Both the position numbers and the translations under genes were made by a program. Positions 1 through 9,403 of a stretch of 50,850 nt of DNA are shown one piece after another (the stretch's first letter is position 1; the number at the start of each line of letters is the position of its first letter). The notes beneath the pieces are model-generated. The model saw only the letters and a program-made list of their open reading frames with translations, did no database searches and had not been told where the DNA came from. This DNA comes from a virus (lineage: Duplodnaviria; Heunggongvirae; Uroviricota; Caudoviricetes), in IMG/VR virus record IMGVR_UViG_2526164600_000002; one strand, written 5' to 3'.

Positions 1-1284
1 TTACAGACTTCTGGAAGGTTGCGCAGCTCTTACAACACGCGGTTGATCTTCCGCAGCGTCTTCCAGCGCACTTAAATCACGGTCTTTCACCTCTGGCATT
101 TTCAGCGCAGAGATTAAACCAATTACTGAATATGCCATGATCATAATGGCGATCGGATACCAGGATTCCGTCATGGTGCAGAAAATACCCGCCAGGATAG
201 GACCAAAACCGGAAGCGATAAGACCACCAATTTCTTTAGAAATAGCCATCCGGGTAAAGCGGTTTTTACAGCCGAACATTTCTGCCATGGTAATGTTTTC
301 CAGAGCAAATAATCCCAGCACCGCACAGTTATGAATCACAATCAGTGCAACCATAATGGTGCTCGGGGCATAGCTTTTATCTACAATGATAGAAAGCATT
401 GGCCATGCCAGCACAATCGCGGAGGTATTCATAATAATATACGGGATCCGGCGACCAATTTTATCGGATAACCAACCAAGGAACGGAATGGTCATAAAGC
501 CGAGAATCGAACTAATCATCAATGCATCTGTTGGAATTGCTTTGTTAAACAATAACGTCTGCACTAAATAGCCTGCAAGGAAAGTCTGAATTAACCCGGA
601 GTTACCCGCCTGACCAAAACGCAGCCCTGTTGCCAGCCAGAAGGATTTGCTCTGGAACATGCTACCAGCAGGTGCAGGTTTTGCTGTGGGTTGGTTGCTG
701 TCATTAACCTTCTCAAAGACCGGGCTTTCTTTCAGATTCATACGTAACCAGATAGCAAAGACCATCACGACAACGCTCGCCAGGAACGGTATACGCCATC
801 CCCACGCCAGCAGTTCCTCTTTACTGAGAATGAAGAACATAAAGGCCCAGATTGCCGTTGCGCTCAAGGTTCCGCAGTTAGTTCCCATAGCTACAAATGA
901 GGAGATAATTCCGCGCTTACCTTTTGGTGCATATTCCGCCAGCATCGTACCGGCACCGGAAATTTCCGCACCTGCACCCAACCCCTGAATAATACGCAGC
1001 GTCACCAGCAAGATGGGGGCAAAAACACCAATCTGTGCATAGGTCGGTAACACACCAATTAAGGTGGTACAGATCCCCATCATGGTGATGGTAATAAAGA
1101 GCACTTTTTTACGCCCTATTCTGTCGCCCATTTTGCCGAAAATAAATGCTCCGACAATACGCGCCACATAACCTGCACCGTAGGTTCCCATTGCCAAAAT
1201 TAACGCCATTGCCGTTGATGATTCAGGAAAAAATATTTCATGAAACACTAACGCTGCGCCGAGCGAATATAACTGGAAATCCAT
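1..1284 (-). CDS. ydfJ: MFS-family transporter YdfJ (427-aa ORF; window starts at its stop codon); host gene flanking the prophage
   Basis: ORF track 427 aa; hydrophobic multi-helix profile typical of MFS permeases; sequence recognised as E. coli YdfJ, the gene interrupted by Qin in K-12. Confidence 0.8.
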   Translation of the reverse strand: MDFQLYSLGAALVFHEIFFPESSTAMALILAMGTYGAGYVARIVGAFIFGKMGDRIGRKKVLFITITMMGICTTLIGVLPTYAQIGVFAPILLVTLRIIQGLGAGAEISGAGTMLAEYAPKGKRGIISSFVAMGTNCGTLSATAIWAFMFFILSKEELLAWGWRIPFLASVVVMVFAIWLRMNLKESPVFEKVNDSNQPTAKPAPAGSMFQSKSFWLATGLRFGQAGNSGLIQTFLAGYLVQTLLFNKAIPTDALMISSILGFMTIPFLGWLSDKIGRRIPYIIMNTSAIVLAWPMLSIIVDKSYAPSTIMVALIVIHNCAVLGLFALENITMAEMFGCKNRFTRMAISKEIGGLIASGFGPILAGIFCTMTESWYPIAIMIMAYSVIGLISALKMPEVKDRDLSALEDAAEDQPRVVRAAQPSRSL

Positions 1285-2069
1285 AATTCACAGGTGTTTT
1301 TTCCCATCCTGTGGTTTCCTTGGCGTTTTCTAGGTTTTTTCAGATAGTTGCATTTTTTAAAAAGCATCCTAAGTTCGATCTCTGTGTCTATCTGGGGCCT
1401 ATTTCTGTCCCATATATGCCCCAAAAAAACTCCCCAACAGATAAGTAGTTTTTTCATGGATTTATGCGTAAAATCAAGAACGGCTGGAAATCATTCAATA
1501 CTCACACTATCGAAAAATTTACCAGCCAACCGCAGCACCTTCTTGCATAAGGCGTGTCTGCGGTTTTTCAACTATTCAGATACATCACTCCCATCACATT
1601 CATTCCTCCGCATCAAAGGCATATAGGCTATATCACCTTGATATTTTTCTTTTTCAGATAAAAACTGTTATCTATGTATACTTTTAAACCCAATCCGTGT
1701 AGAGTCTCTGCATAAGATAGTTTGCAGTTGCCGCTTCAGCTTGCGCCATAAACCGCCTGATTTTTGCTGCCACCTGTTAGCATTCCTGTATACCTGAAAC
1801 GACAATGTTTATCTACGAACTTTAAGAACACCCAAGATAAAAATTGTCAACTATATCATATATAACACATTACTAATTCGAGGCTATATGAACAGCATAC
1901 TGATAATCACATCTCTCCTTATCATATTCAGCATTTTTAGTCATGCCCTAATAAAATTAGGGATTGGCATATCCAATAACCCAGACAAAACCGATGTATA
2001 AGTCAACATATCCTGAATCAGACATACAATATCGCAATGAAAATCAATAATATTTTAAGGAATATCTTC

Positions 2070-2303
2070 ATGAAATCAAAAGACACCCTAAAGTGGTTCC
2101 CTGCGCAGCTTCCTGAAGTAAGAATTATCCTAGGGGATGCTGTAGTGGAAGTAGCAAAACAGGGAAGACCTATCAATACCAGAACATTGCTTGATTACAT
2201 TGAAGGAAACATAAAGAAAAAATCATGGCTGGATAACAAAGAATTATTACAAACAGCGATATCAGTTCTTAAAGACAACCAAAATTTAAATGGTAAAATG
2301 TAA
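2070..2303 (+). CDS. ydfK: Small cold-shock-inducible prophage protein YdfK/YnaE-like (77 aa from internal ATG of ORF 2037..2303)
   Basis: ORF track; start MKSKDTLKW gives 77 aa; position immediately upstream of pin as in K-12 Qin (ydfK-pinQ). Confidence 0.6.
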   Translation: MKSKDTLKWFPAQLPEVRIILGDAVVEVAKQGRPINTRTLLDYIEGNIKKKSWLDNKELLQTAISVLKDNQNLNGKM

Positions 2304-2619
2304 TATAATAAACTTACTTTTTTATCATTTTTCCACTTTAACAACATTTTGCTCCTCTTTTCCACGACCAAACAACTTGAAATCTGGTTAAAATAACACG
2401 CAACACTATTCTTCTTCCTTGAGTCCGCCCGGAACTCGAAAAACAAACCGAGTTAAAGCCATTTTTCACAAAATCGATTTTGGGTCTCACCAAAATTACG
2501 GGGTTGCATACGCATTCGTTTATTTTCGAACGTGTACATACAAATATGCACAAAAATAATCATAATTATTTTCTGAGATGCATTATGATATGAACACCAA
2601 TTTCGTATAGAGTCTCACT

Positions 2620-3210
2620 ATGTCTCAAATTTTTGCTTACTGTCGGATATCAACGCTGGATCAGACCACCGAAAATCAACGCCGGGAAATCGAAAGTGCA
2701 GGTTTTAAAATCAAACCTCAGCAAATAATCGAAGAACACATTAGCGGCTCAGCAGCAACCAGTGAGCGTCCTGGTTTTAACCGGTTGCTTGCTCGCCTGA
2801 AATGTGGTGATCAATTGATTGTGACAAAACTGGATCGCCTTGGTTGTAATGCAATGGATATCAGGAAAACAGTGGAACAACTGACCGAAACAGGTATCAG
2901 AGTGCATTGCTTAGCATTGGGGGGCATTGACCTGACCAGTCCAACAGGAAAAATGATGATGCAAGTAATTTCAGCAGTCGCTGAATTTGAACGAGACCTT
3001 TTACTTGAACGCACTCATTCCGGGATAGTAAGAGCCCGCGGCGCAGGGAAACGTTTTGGTCGACCACCTGTGTTAAATGAAGAACAGAAACAGGTGGTAT
3101 TCGAACGAATTAAGTCAGGTGTAAGTATAAGTGCCATTGCCCGGGAATTCAAAACCTCGCGGCAAACCATTTTAAGAGCCAAAGCAAAACTTCAGACACC
3201 TGACATATAA
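2620..3210 (+). CDS. pinQ: Serine recombinase, Pin/Gin/Hin-family DNA invertase
   Basis: ORF track 196 aa; N-terminal catalytic motif YCRISTLDQ (active-site Ser), C-terminal HTH; adjacent to tail-fibre genes. Confidence 0.9.
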   Translation: MSQIFAYCRISTLDQTTENQRREIESAGFKIKPQQIIEEHISGSAATSERPGFNRLLARLKCGDQLIVTKLDRLGCNAMDIRKTVEQLTETGIRVHCLALGGIDLTSPTGKMMMQVISAVAEFERDLLLERTHSGIVRARGAGKRFGRPPVLNEEQKQVVFERIKSGVSISAIAREFKTSRQTILRAKAKLQTPDI

Positions 3211-3283
3211 AAAATAATCTCGGTGTGAGATGCTTTACGTCTTCCAAGCCCCCTGATCCTACCCACGTAATATGGACACAGGC

Positions 3284-4148
3284 CTAAGCGAGGTTCTTGT
3301 TTTCAAATTGTTCCGGACTGAGGCCGCCACACCAACTGTGCCGCCGCCACCGATTGTAATCACATTCGATATAATTAAACACCGTTGCCCGCATTATTTC
3401 CCGGCTGATAAAGTGTTCTCCATGGATACATTCCACTTTCAGCGAATGAAAGAAGCTTTCCACGCAGGCATTATCGTAGCAGCAACCTTTTGCGCTCATA
3501 CTTCCACGCAGATTATGCCGCTTCAGTTGCGCCTGATAATCTGCTGAACAGTACTGGCCTCCTCGGTCCGTGTGAACGATAACGTTCCGGGGCCTCTTAC
3601 GCCGCCACAGCGCCATCTGCAGGGCATCGCAGGCCAGTTGCGCCGTCATGCGTGGCGACATTGACCAGCCAATAACGGCACGTGACCACAGGTCAATGAC
3701 CACTGCCAGATACAGCCAGCCTTCATCTGTACGTAAGTACGTGATGTCTCCTGCCCACTTCTGGTTCGGGCCACTGGCGTAAAAATCCTGCTCCAACAGA
3801 TTTTCTGACACAGGCAGGCCGTGTGCGCGGTAGCTGACCGGGCTGAACTTCCGGGAGGCCTTTGCCCTCAGTCCCTGACGGCGCAGGCTTGCCGCCACGG
3901 TTTTACGTTAAGGGGTAACCCTGAGCACGCAGTTCATCCGTCAGGCGTGGGGCACCGTAACGCTGTTTTGACCGGGTAAAAGCCGCGAGGACAACGCTGT
4001 CGCAGTGTTGGCGGAACTGCTGACGCGTGCTTATCCTTGTCCGCCGCTGACACCACGTATACCAGCCGCTGCGGGCCACCCGGAGCACGCGGCACATTGC
4101 TTTGATGCTGAACTCAGCCTGATGTTTTTCAATAAAGACATACTTCAT
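3284..4148 (-). pseudogene. insF: IS3 transposase orfB (InsF), reading frame broken near codon 80 (ORFs 3903..4148 and 3284..3898 in different frames)
   Basis: ORF track shows two adjacent ORFs that together match InsF (DDE motif region DITYL...HTDRGGQY...); break lies in short T and A runs near 3899-3905. Confidence 0.7.
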
Positions 4149-4444
4149 TTCAGGCGCTTCGCGAAGTATGTCGCGGCCTTTTGGAGGATAGCCAGCTCTT
4201 CATCCCGTTCTGCCAGCTGGCGTTTGAGACGTGCAATCTCGGTAGACATCTCCAGTTCACGTTCAGAAGACGTCTGCTGATTTTGCTGTTTACTGCGCCA
4301 GTTGTAGAGCTGTGATTCATACAGGCTGAGTTCACGGGCTGCGGCAGTAACACCGATGCGTTCAGCAAGCTTCAGGGCTTCACTGCGAAATTCAGGCGAA
4401 TGCTGTTTACGGGGTTTTTTACTGGTTGATACTGTTTTTGTCAT
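4145..4444 (-). CDS. insE: IS3 transposase orfA (InsE), HTH protein
   Basis: ORF track 4145..4453; 99-aa protein from ATG at 4444 ([20 protein letters not shown]...). Confidence 0.85.
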   Translation of the reverse strand: MTKTVSTSKKPRKQHSPEFRSEALKLAERIGVTAAARELSLYESQLYNWRSKQQNQQTSSERELEMSTEIARLKRQLAERDEELAILQKAATYFAKRLK

Positions 4445-4566
4445 GTGAGTCACCTCTGACTGAGAGTTTACTCACTTAGCCGCGTGTCCACTATTGCTGG
4501 GTAAGATCACCCTTCCTTGCCGTAAATGGAAAGATACATCTAATTATAGAATTTATATGTTTTACC

Positions 4567-5142
4567 CTACGGCAGTGCTGGCCATTCAATATCCTGTGAA
4601 GTTGACGTATCAACACGGTTCAGCAATACCCGATACTTTTTCCATGCTTCCAGCAACGAGATTTCTTCCTCCGTTGCAATTTCCAGATCTGCAGCATCCT
4701 GAAGCGGCGCAATATGCTCACTGGCTACCTGCATCAGGTTGTTTTTTATTTCTTCCGCCTCCCGGATCCGGAACAGTTTTTCTGCTTCCGTATCCTTCAC
4801 CCAGGCTGTGCCGTTCCACTTCTGAAACTCTCCTTCCGGCGATAACCAGGTAACATTTTCCGGTAACGGACCGAGTTCAGAAATAAATAACGCGTCGCCG
4901 GAAGCCACGTCATAAACCGTTTTACCCCGATGATCTTCAACGAGATGCCACGATGACTCATCACTGTTGAAAACAGCCACGAAGCCTGCCGGAATATCTG
5001 GCGGTGCAATATCGGTACTGTTTGCTGGCAGACCTGTATGAGGCGGAATATATGCATCACCTTCACCAATAAATTCATTAGTTCCGGCCAGCAGATTATA
5101 AATTTTTATGGTCCGTGGTTGTTCACTCATTCTGAATGCCAT
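4567..5142 (-). CDS. tfa: Tail fibre assembly protein (Tfa)
   Basis: ORF track 191 aa; follows stf with overlapping stop/start; lambda-like Tfa family. Confidence 0.85.
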   Translation of the reverse strand: MAFRMSEQPRTIKIYNLLAGTNEFIGEGDAYIPPHTGLPANSTDIAPPDIPAGFVAVFNSDESSWHLVEDHRGKTVYDVASGDALFISELGPLPENVTWLSPEGEFQKWNGTAWVKDTEAEKLFRIREAEEIKNNLMQVASEHIAPLQDAADLEIATEEEISLLEAWKKYRVLLNRVDTSTSQDIEWPALP

Positions 5143-8100
5143 TATGCAAGCCTCACAATATAGTTAAATGCGATGTTTTTGACGGTGTTTTCCGCGTTAC
5201 CAGCAGCGTTAACGGTGATGGTGTGTCCATGTGAACCAATCGCAACGGAGTGCGTATGAGCACCAATACCGACAGTATGCGCGTGTGCACCTGCAGATGC
5301 TGCTGTGCCGGACAGTGAGTGGCTATGATTACCATCTGTACTGGTATTAGCTAACCACCCCGTAGACATACCTACTGAGCCTTGTACACCCCAGGTATTT
5401 TGACCTGAGCTTGTATAACCATATTGATAAGTATCTTTAAAAACACTGGGGTTAAATCGACGGCCATCTCTATGGCTGTGATTACCAGCTGCATTCGTGC
5501 TGCCACTTAAACTATGGGTATGCGCACCAGTGTTATTCGTGGATTTAGTGCCGTAATCAAACGACGATGTGGTTTTCGTCCCCAAATCCGTACTGGATGC
5601 GCTGGCGCTGTGGGTATGCGATTTAATGCCGTCCTGTTCCTGAGACAATACGGCCCGACCACTGGCAGGTTTGCCCTTAATCGTCCAGCCACGCATATCA
5701 GGGATCACGCCTGACGGATAAGCCGCTGCAAGTTTCGGGTATGCAGATTTGTCAAAAGCCTGCCCCTGCATCAGGGCATAACCAGACGGAACGGTATCTG
5801 ATGGCCACGGGATTGGTGCGCCGACTGGGTAGCTTTCTGGTGGAAGATTTTTCGAGGTATAAACTTCTGCCCAGTCTTCCTCAAAACCATAGCCATCTCT
5901 TGAGGAACGGTAGAACAGACCTCCATTTCTGTAATGTGCCTTCATCTGCAAGGTCCGGCAACTTCCGACTCCGGTATAGAAGTTAACCAGAATATAGGTG
6001 TCGCCAGAGCGGGTGACATTGTAAGCGCCTGATTCGGCATTCCAGGGAACGCCACCATCCGCATCGGCATATGTATCCGTTGCCCTTCTGGCAAAAGCAG
6101 CCACATGCGCGGCGGTTAAAGTAATATCTTTGGAACCATCAAACTCAACACCAGAAACCCGTCTTGGCGTTTGCAGCTTTGTTGCTGTTAATGCATTACC
6201 GTTCAGACTTGCGGACAGTTTGGTTCCAATAACCAGTTCGCCGGTTGCGTTATCAATAGAAAACGGTCTTAATGTATTCCAGCCACCATAAACATCACCT
6301 TGATTGGTAAGCAGCAGGTGAGTTTTAGCGCCATCATTACGCCATAATGCACCATACTCCCCACCTATCATTCGAATCTGATTACCACCACGCGCTACAA
6401 TTTCGTCTGTGGCAAAAAGTTTTTTGCACGACAAGTTATCGTTAACGATTAACGAATTAGACTCATAAAAACCACGCCCACTCTTAAAATCAAGGATAAC
6501 GTCCGCCGCGATACATTCAGTCGCCGGATTTGTTGCCCCAAACTTATAGGTCGTATCATTAACAACGAGATCAGCACCAGGTGCGGATATTGACAGGCCA
6601 TCTTCGATAAACGCAAAAACAGGGAAAGCTGCGCCATCAACATAGAACACAGAGCGCAAATCATCGCCCTTATTACTCATCATTATTGAGTGGATGGCTC
6701 GTTCATTGTTTTGATATTGCCAGAACATTCCATAAGCATAACGCCCCCTGTCAGTCCAGCCGCCAGGCATAACAAATCCGTTAAACTCGCAGTTATTCAT
6801 CGGATCGCCTGCGGTTCGCGTTGCCGTGGTGATAATGACCCTTGATGCCAGTTCGCTTACTGAGCCAGCAGAACGCATAACAACAACAGGGTAATATTTT
6901 CCAGATGTTGCACCTGCAGGAGCGTTAACCCGCACATAACGCATACCACGCTTATCAGCAAAGTCTGTTTTACTGACCGCGTTAATGTTGTTCAGGAAGC
7001 GTCCCTTATCGGGTATATCAGCGCCGTTCTGGTCTTTCTGCAGACGTTTCTCTGCATTGTCATAGGCTGATTTTACTGCCTTTGGCGTTGCCGCCAGCGT
7101 TTCAGACGTACTGTTGGTCGCACTGCTTAGCTGAACTATCCCTTTCTGTGCTGTCGTTGCATCCTGTGCGGTGTATTTCCCGTTAGCCAGGTCATACGCG
7201 GCCTTAACGGCTTTTGGTGTTGCCGCCAGTGACTCGGAAGTGCTGTTAGTCGCACTACTGAGCTGTACTATCCCCTTTTTCGTCGTGCTCGCATCCTCAA
7301 GCGCCACGGCGGATGCAATATCCTCTGCCCGTTTTGCCGCTGTCTCAGCGCGCGTTGCTGCAGATTCCGCCGTACTTTTGCTCTGAGCTGCTGCCGTCGC
7401 ACTGCCAGCAGCCTCTGTCGCCTTCGTGGATGCCGTCGTGGCGCTGCCCTTCGCTGCTGACGCCTGTCTGGTCGCCTCATCTTTTGAAGCAGACGCCGAT
7501 GATGCCGATGACGCCGCCGAACTGGCGGACGATGCCGCTGCCGTTTTTGAGGATTCTGCACGGGTTTCCGACGCTTTTGCGTTCGTTTCGGATGTCTTCG
7601 CTGCGGAAGCAGACCTCGCTGCTGCCGTGGCCTGCTCAGTGGCTTCGCCAGCCTTCGTTGTGGCTGTTGAAGCAGACGATGCGGCACTTTCTGCCGACTT
7701 TCCGGCAGCGGTGGCACTGGCTGAGGCCTGCCCGGCACTTGTTGACGCGGCGCTGGCAGATGATGCAGCCGCTGTTTTTGAGCCTGCCGCAGCCGAGGCG
7801 CTCTGTCCCGCTGCCGTTTCAGAAGACCTGGCGTTCGTCTCGGACGTTTTTGCCGCCTTCGCGGAATTTCCTGCCGCCGTTGCCGAGGAAGCGGCACTAC
7901 TGGCGCTCGATGATGCGTTCGTTTCTGATGATTTTGCCGCCTCTTTTGAAGCCGACGCATCCCGTGCTGAAGTGGCTGCTTCTGACGCTTTCGTGGTCGC
8001 GGTGGATGCAGAAGTGGCTGCTGATTGTTGTGACGCTGCCGCATTCGTTTCTGACGTTTTCGCCGCACCGGCACTGGTAGCCGCCGCGCTTTTTGAGGAC

Positions 8101-8678
8101 TCTGCAGCGGCAGCACTTTTTAATGCTTCAGTGGCCTTTGTTGATGCCGTTCCTGCGCTGGAAGACGCTGACTGAGCCGACGAAGCAGCCTGTCCGGCTG
8201 ACGTGCTGGCTGCGCGTGCTGAGCCTGCAGCATCAGTCGCATGGGTTGCCGCCTCACGGGCTGATGTGCTGGCATCGCTGGCTGACTTCTTCGCGGCCGC
8301 CGTGTTCTGTGCCACCGCGGACGCGTTACGCGCCACCTCTTCCACCATCAGTTCAAAACGGCGCAGTGCCTCAGGACGGGCATCATCCTCCGTCATGGCA
8401 CCGAGAAAATCATTCAGCGTACCGGGTCGGGAATCTTCATACACGGTGATGGTCCCGGCATGTGACGGCGGGAATCCTTCCACCAACAGAATAACGCTGT
8501 ACTGACCGTACTCAACGTCCATGCTGTAACGCCCGGCTTCATCCGGATTTTCTGAGGCCAGCGTGTTCACCACCACAGTGGTACTGTTACGTTTTGCTTT
8601 CAGCTGGATTGTGCAGTTCTGTACCGGTTTTCCTGTGCCGTCTTTCAGTACACCTGAAATCTTTACTGCCATATTCAC
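5142..8678 (-). CDS. stf: Side tail fibre protein (Stf), 1178 aa, with long Ala/Ser/Thr-rich low-complexity region, tandem tail-fibre repeats and C-terminal His-x-His repeats
   Basis: ORF track; N-terminus [17 protein letters not shown] typical of lambda/Rac Stf; repeated [14 protein letters not shown] motif; HTHS/HSHS/HAHT repeats at C-terminus. Confidence 0.85.
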   Translation of the reverse strand: MNMAVKISGVLKDGTGKPVQNCTIQLKAKRNSTTVVVNTLASENPDEAGRYSMDVEYGQYSVILLVEGFPPSHAGTITVYEDSRPGTLNDFLGAMTEDDARPEALRRFELMVEEVARNASAVAQNTAAAKKSASDASTSAREAATHATDAAGSARAASTSAGQAASSAQSASSSAGTASTKATEALKSAAAAESSKSAAATSAGAAKTSETNAAASQQSAATSASTATTKASEAATSARDASASKEAAKSSETNASSSASSAASSATAAGNSAKAAKTSETNARSSETAAGQSASAAAGSKTAAASSASAASTSAGQASASATAAGKSAESAASSASTATTKAGEATEQATAAARSASAAKTSETNAKASETRAESSKTAAASSASSAASSASSASASKDEATRQASAAKGSATTASTKATEAAGSATAAAQSKSTAESAATRAETAAKRAEDIASAVALEDASTTKKGIVQLSSATNSTSESLAATPKAVKAAYDLANGKYTAQDATTAQKGIVQLSSATNSTSETLAATPKAVKSAYDNAEKRLQKDQNGADIPDKGRFLNNINAVSKTDFADKRGMRYVRVNAPAGATSGKYYPVVVMRSAGSVSELASRVIITTATRTAGDPMNNCEFNGFVMPGGWTDRGRYAYGMFWQYQNNERAIHSIMMSNKGDDLRSVFYVDGAAFPVFAFIEDGLSISAPGADLVVNDTTYKFGATNPATECIAADVILDFKSGRGFYESNSLIVNDNLSCKKLFATDEIVARGGNQIRMIGGEYGALWRNDGAKTHLLLTNQGDVYGGWNTLRPFSIDNATGELVIGTKLSASLNGNALTATKLQTPRRVSGVEFDGSKDITLTAAHVAAFARRATDTYADADGGVPWNAESGAYNVTRSGDTYILVNFYTGVGSCRTLQMKAHYRNGGLFYRSSRDGYGFEEDWAEVYTSKNLPPESYPVGAPIPWPSDTVPSGYALMQGQAFDKSAYPKLAAAYPSGVIPDMRGWTIKGKPASGRAVLSQEQDGIKSHTHSASASSTDLGTKTTSSFDYGTKSTNNTGAHTHSLSGSTNAAGNHSHRDGRRFNPSVFKDTYQYGYTSSGQNTWGVQGSVGMSTGWLANTSTDGNHSHSLSGTAASAGAHAHTVGIGAHTHSVAIGSHGHTITVNAAGNAENTVKNIAFNYIVRLA
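7065..7290. repeat. Two imperfect ~100-bp direct repeats inside stf, encoding the duplicated tail-fibre repeat motif; followed (7300-8300) by GC-rich Ala/Ser/Thr codon low-complexity DNA
   Basis: Repeat units read at about 7069-7160 and 7191-7290; ORF track shows open frames on both strands across 7268-8505, typical of repetitive triplet DNA. Confidence 0.6.
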
Positions 8679-8683
8679 CCCAC

Positions 8684-8715
8684 AAAAAAGCCCGCCTGAA
8701 CCGGCGGGCTGTCAT
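8684..8715 (-). terminator. Rho-independent terminator downstream of lom (hairpin GCCCGCC/GGCGGGC followed by T-run on minus strand)
   Basis: Inverted repeat and A-run on plus strand at 8684-8709. Confidence 0.5.
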
Positions 8716-8736
8716 AACACTGTGTTACCTGGCTAA

Positions 8737-9336
8737 TCAGAATTTATAACCGACACCCACGATGAAACCGTCAGTGCGCCAGTCGCCACTGCCGGAACCT
8801 TCATAAGCGACATCAACGGCCACGGATTCGGTCGGGTTAAACTGCACGCCAGCCCCCCACGCCAGAGACGTGTTGCTGTGGCGACCGTCATTACTTCCGA
8901 TCAGCACATCGTGCGTTTTCCCCGTATTGTCGGTCACCTGCAGATAATCCCCGGAGAAAGTCGACACACGGCTGTAAGCCACACCCGCCATCGCATACGC
9001 GCTGAACCATTCATTCACGCGCACAGACGGCCCCGCCATCACGCTGAACCAGCGGTTACGCACGGAATCTTCATGCCAGCGGGTATCGCTGTAATGCGTT
9101 TTTTGCTCATCTTCAGCGTTGGCATAACTGAATGACGTAATCAGCCCCAGCGTGTCCGTAAACTCATAACGGTATTTCACGTTAATCCCGTTCAGATTAT
9201 CGCTGCCGGGAGCGTTCGTACGGGCATGAAGATACCCTGCGCTCAGTGTGGCCTGCTGCTCAGACGCCCATGCAGGCGCACCGGATACGGCCAGACAGAT
9301 GGCTGCGGACAAAATGGCTGCACAAACTTTACGCAT
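8737..9336 (-). CDS. lom: Lom-family outer membrane protein (Ail/Lom/PagC beta-barrel) with signal peptide
   Basis: ORF track 199 aa; N-terminal signal [24 protein letters not shown]; C-terminal GYKF; position after J as in lambda. Confidence 0.85.
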   Translation of the reverse strand: MRKVCAAILSAAICLAVSGAPAWASEQQATLSAGYLHARTNAPGSDNLNGINVKYRYEFTDTLGLITSFSYANAEDEQKTHYSDTRWHEDSVRNRWFSVMAGPSVRVNEWFSAYAMAGVAYSRVSTFSGDYLQVTDNTGKTHDVLIGSNDGRHSNTSLAWGAGVQFNPTESVAVDVAYEGSGSGDWRTDGFIVGVGYKF

Positions 9337-9357
9337 AATTACCTCTCGCTTTTCTGC

Positions 9358-9386
9358 AATAAAAAAGGCGCCATTTCTGGCGCCCG
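9358..9386 (-). terminator. Rho-independent terminator downstream of J (hairpin GGCGCCA/TGGCGCC followed by T-run on minus strand)
   Basis: Inverted repeat 9367-9385 preceded by A-run on plus strand. Confidence 0.5.
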
Positions 9387-9403
9387 TATATGGGTTATAA
9401 AAT

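Larger units (their letters stand above)
3254..4509 (-). mobile_element. IS3 insertion sequence (1256 bp), terminal inverted repeats TGATCCTACCCACG... / ...CTGGGTAAGATCA, flanked by 3-bp direct repeat CCC
   Basis: Ends read directly in sequence at 3254 and 4509; CCC at 3251-3253 and 4510-4512; internal orfA/orfB recognised as InsE/InsF. Confidence 0.85.

Noticed and set aside
647-988. 113-aa plus-strand ORF (and other short ORFs in 137-1626)
   Set aside because: Antisense to, or overlapping, the ydfJ transporter gene
4494-4853. 119-aa plus-strand ORF
   Set aside because: Antisense to tfa and spanning the IS3 junction
7268-8505. Several long overlapping ORFs on both strands (282, 255, 249, 118, 100 aa)
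   Set aside because: All fall in the repetitive Ala/Ser/Thr codon tract of stf; they are frame artefacts of triplet-repeat DNA
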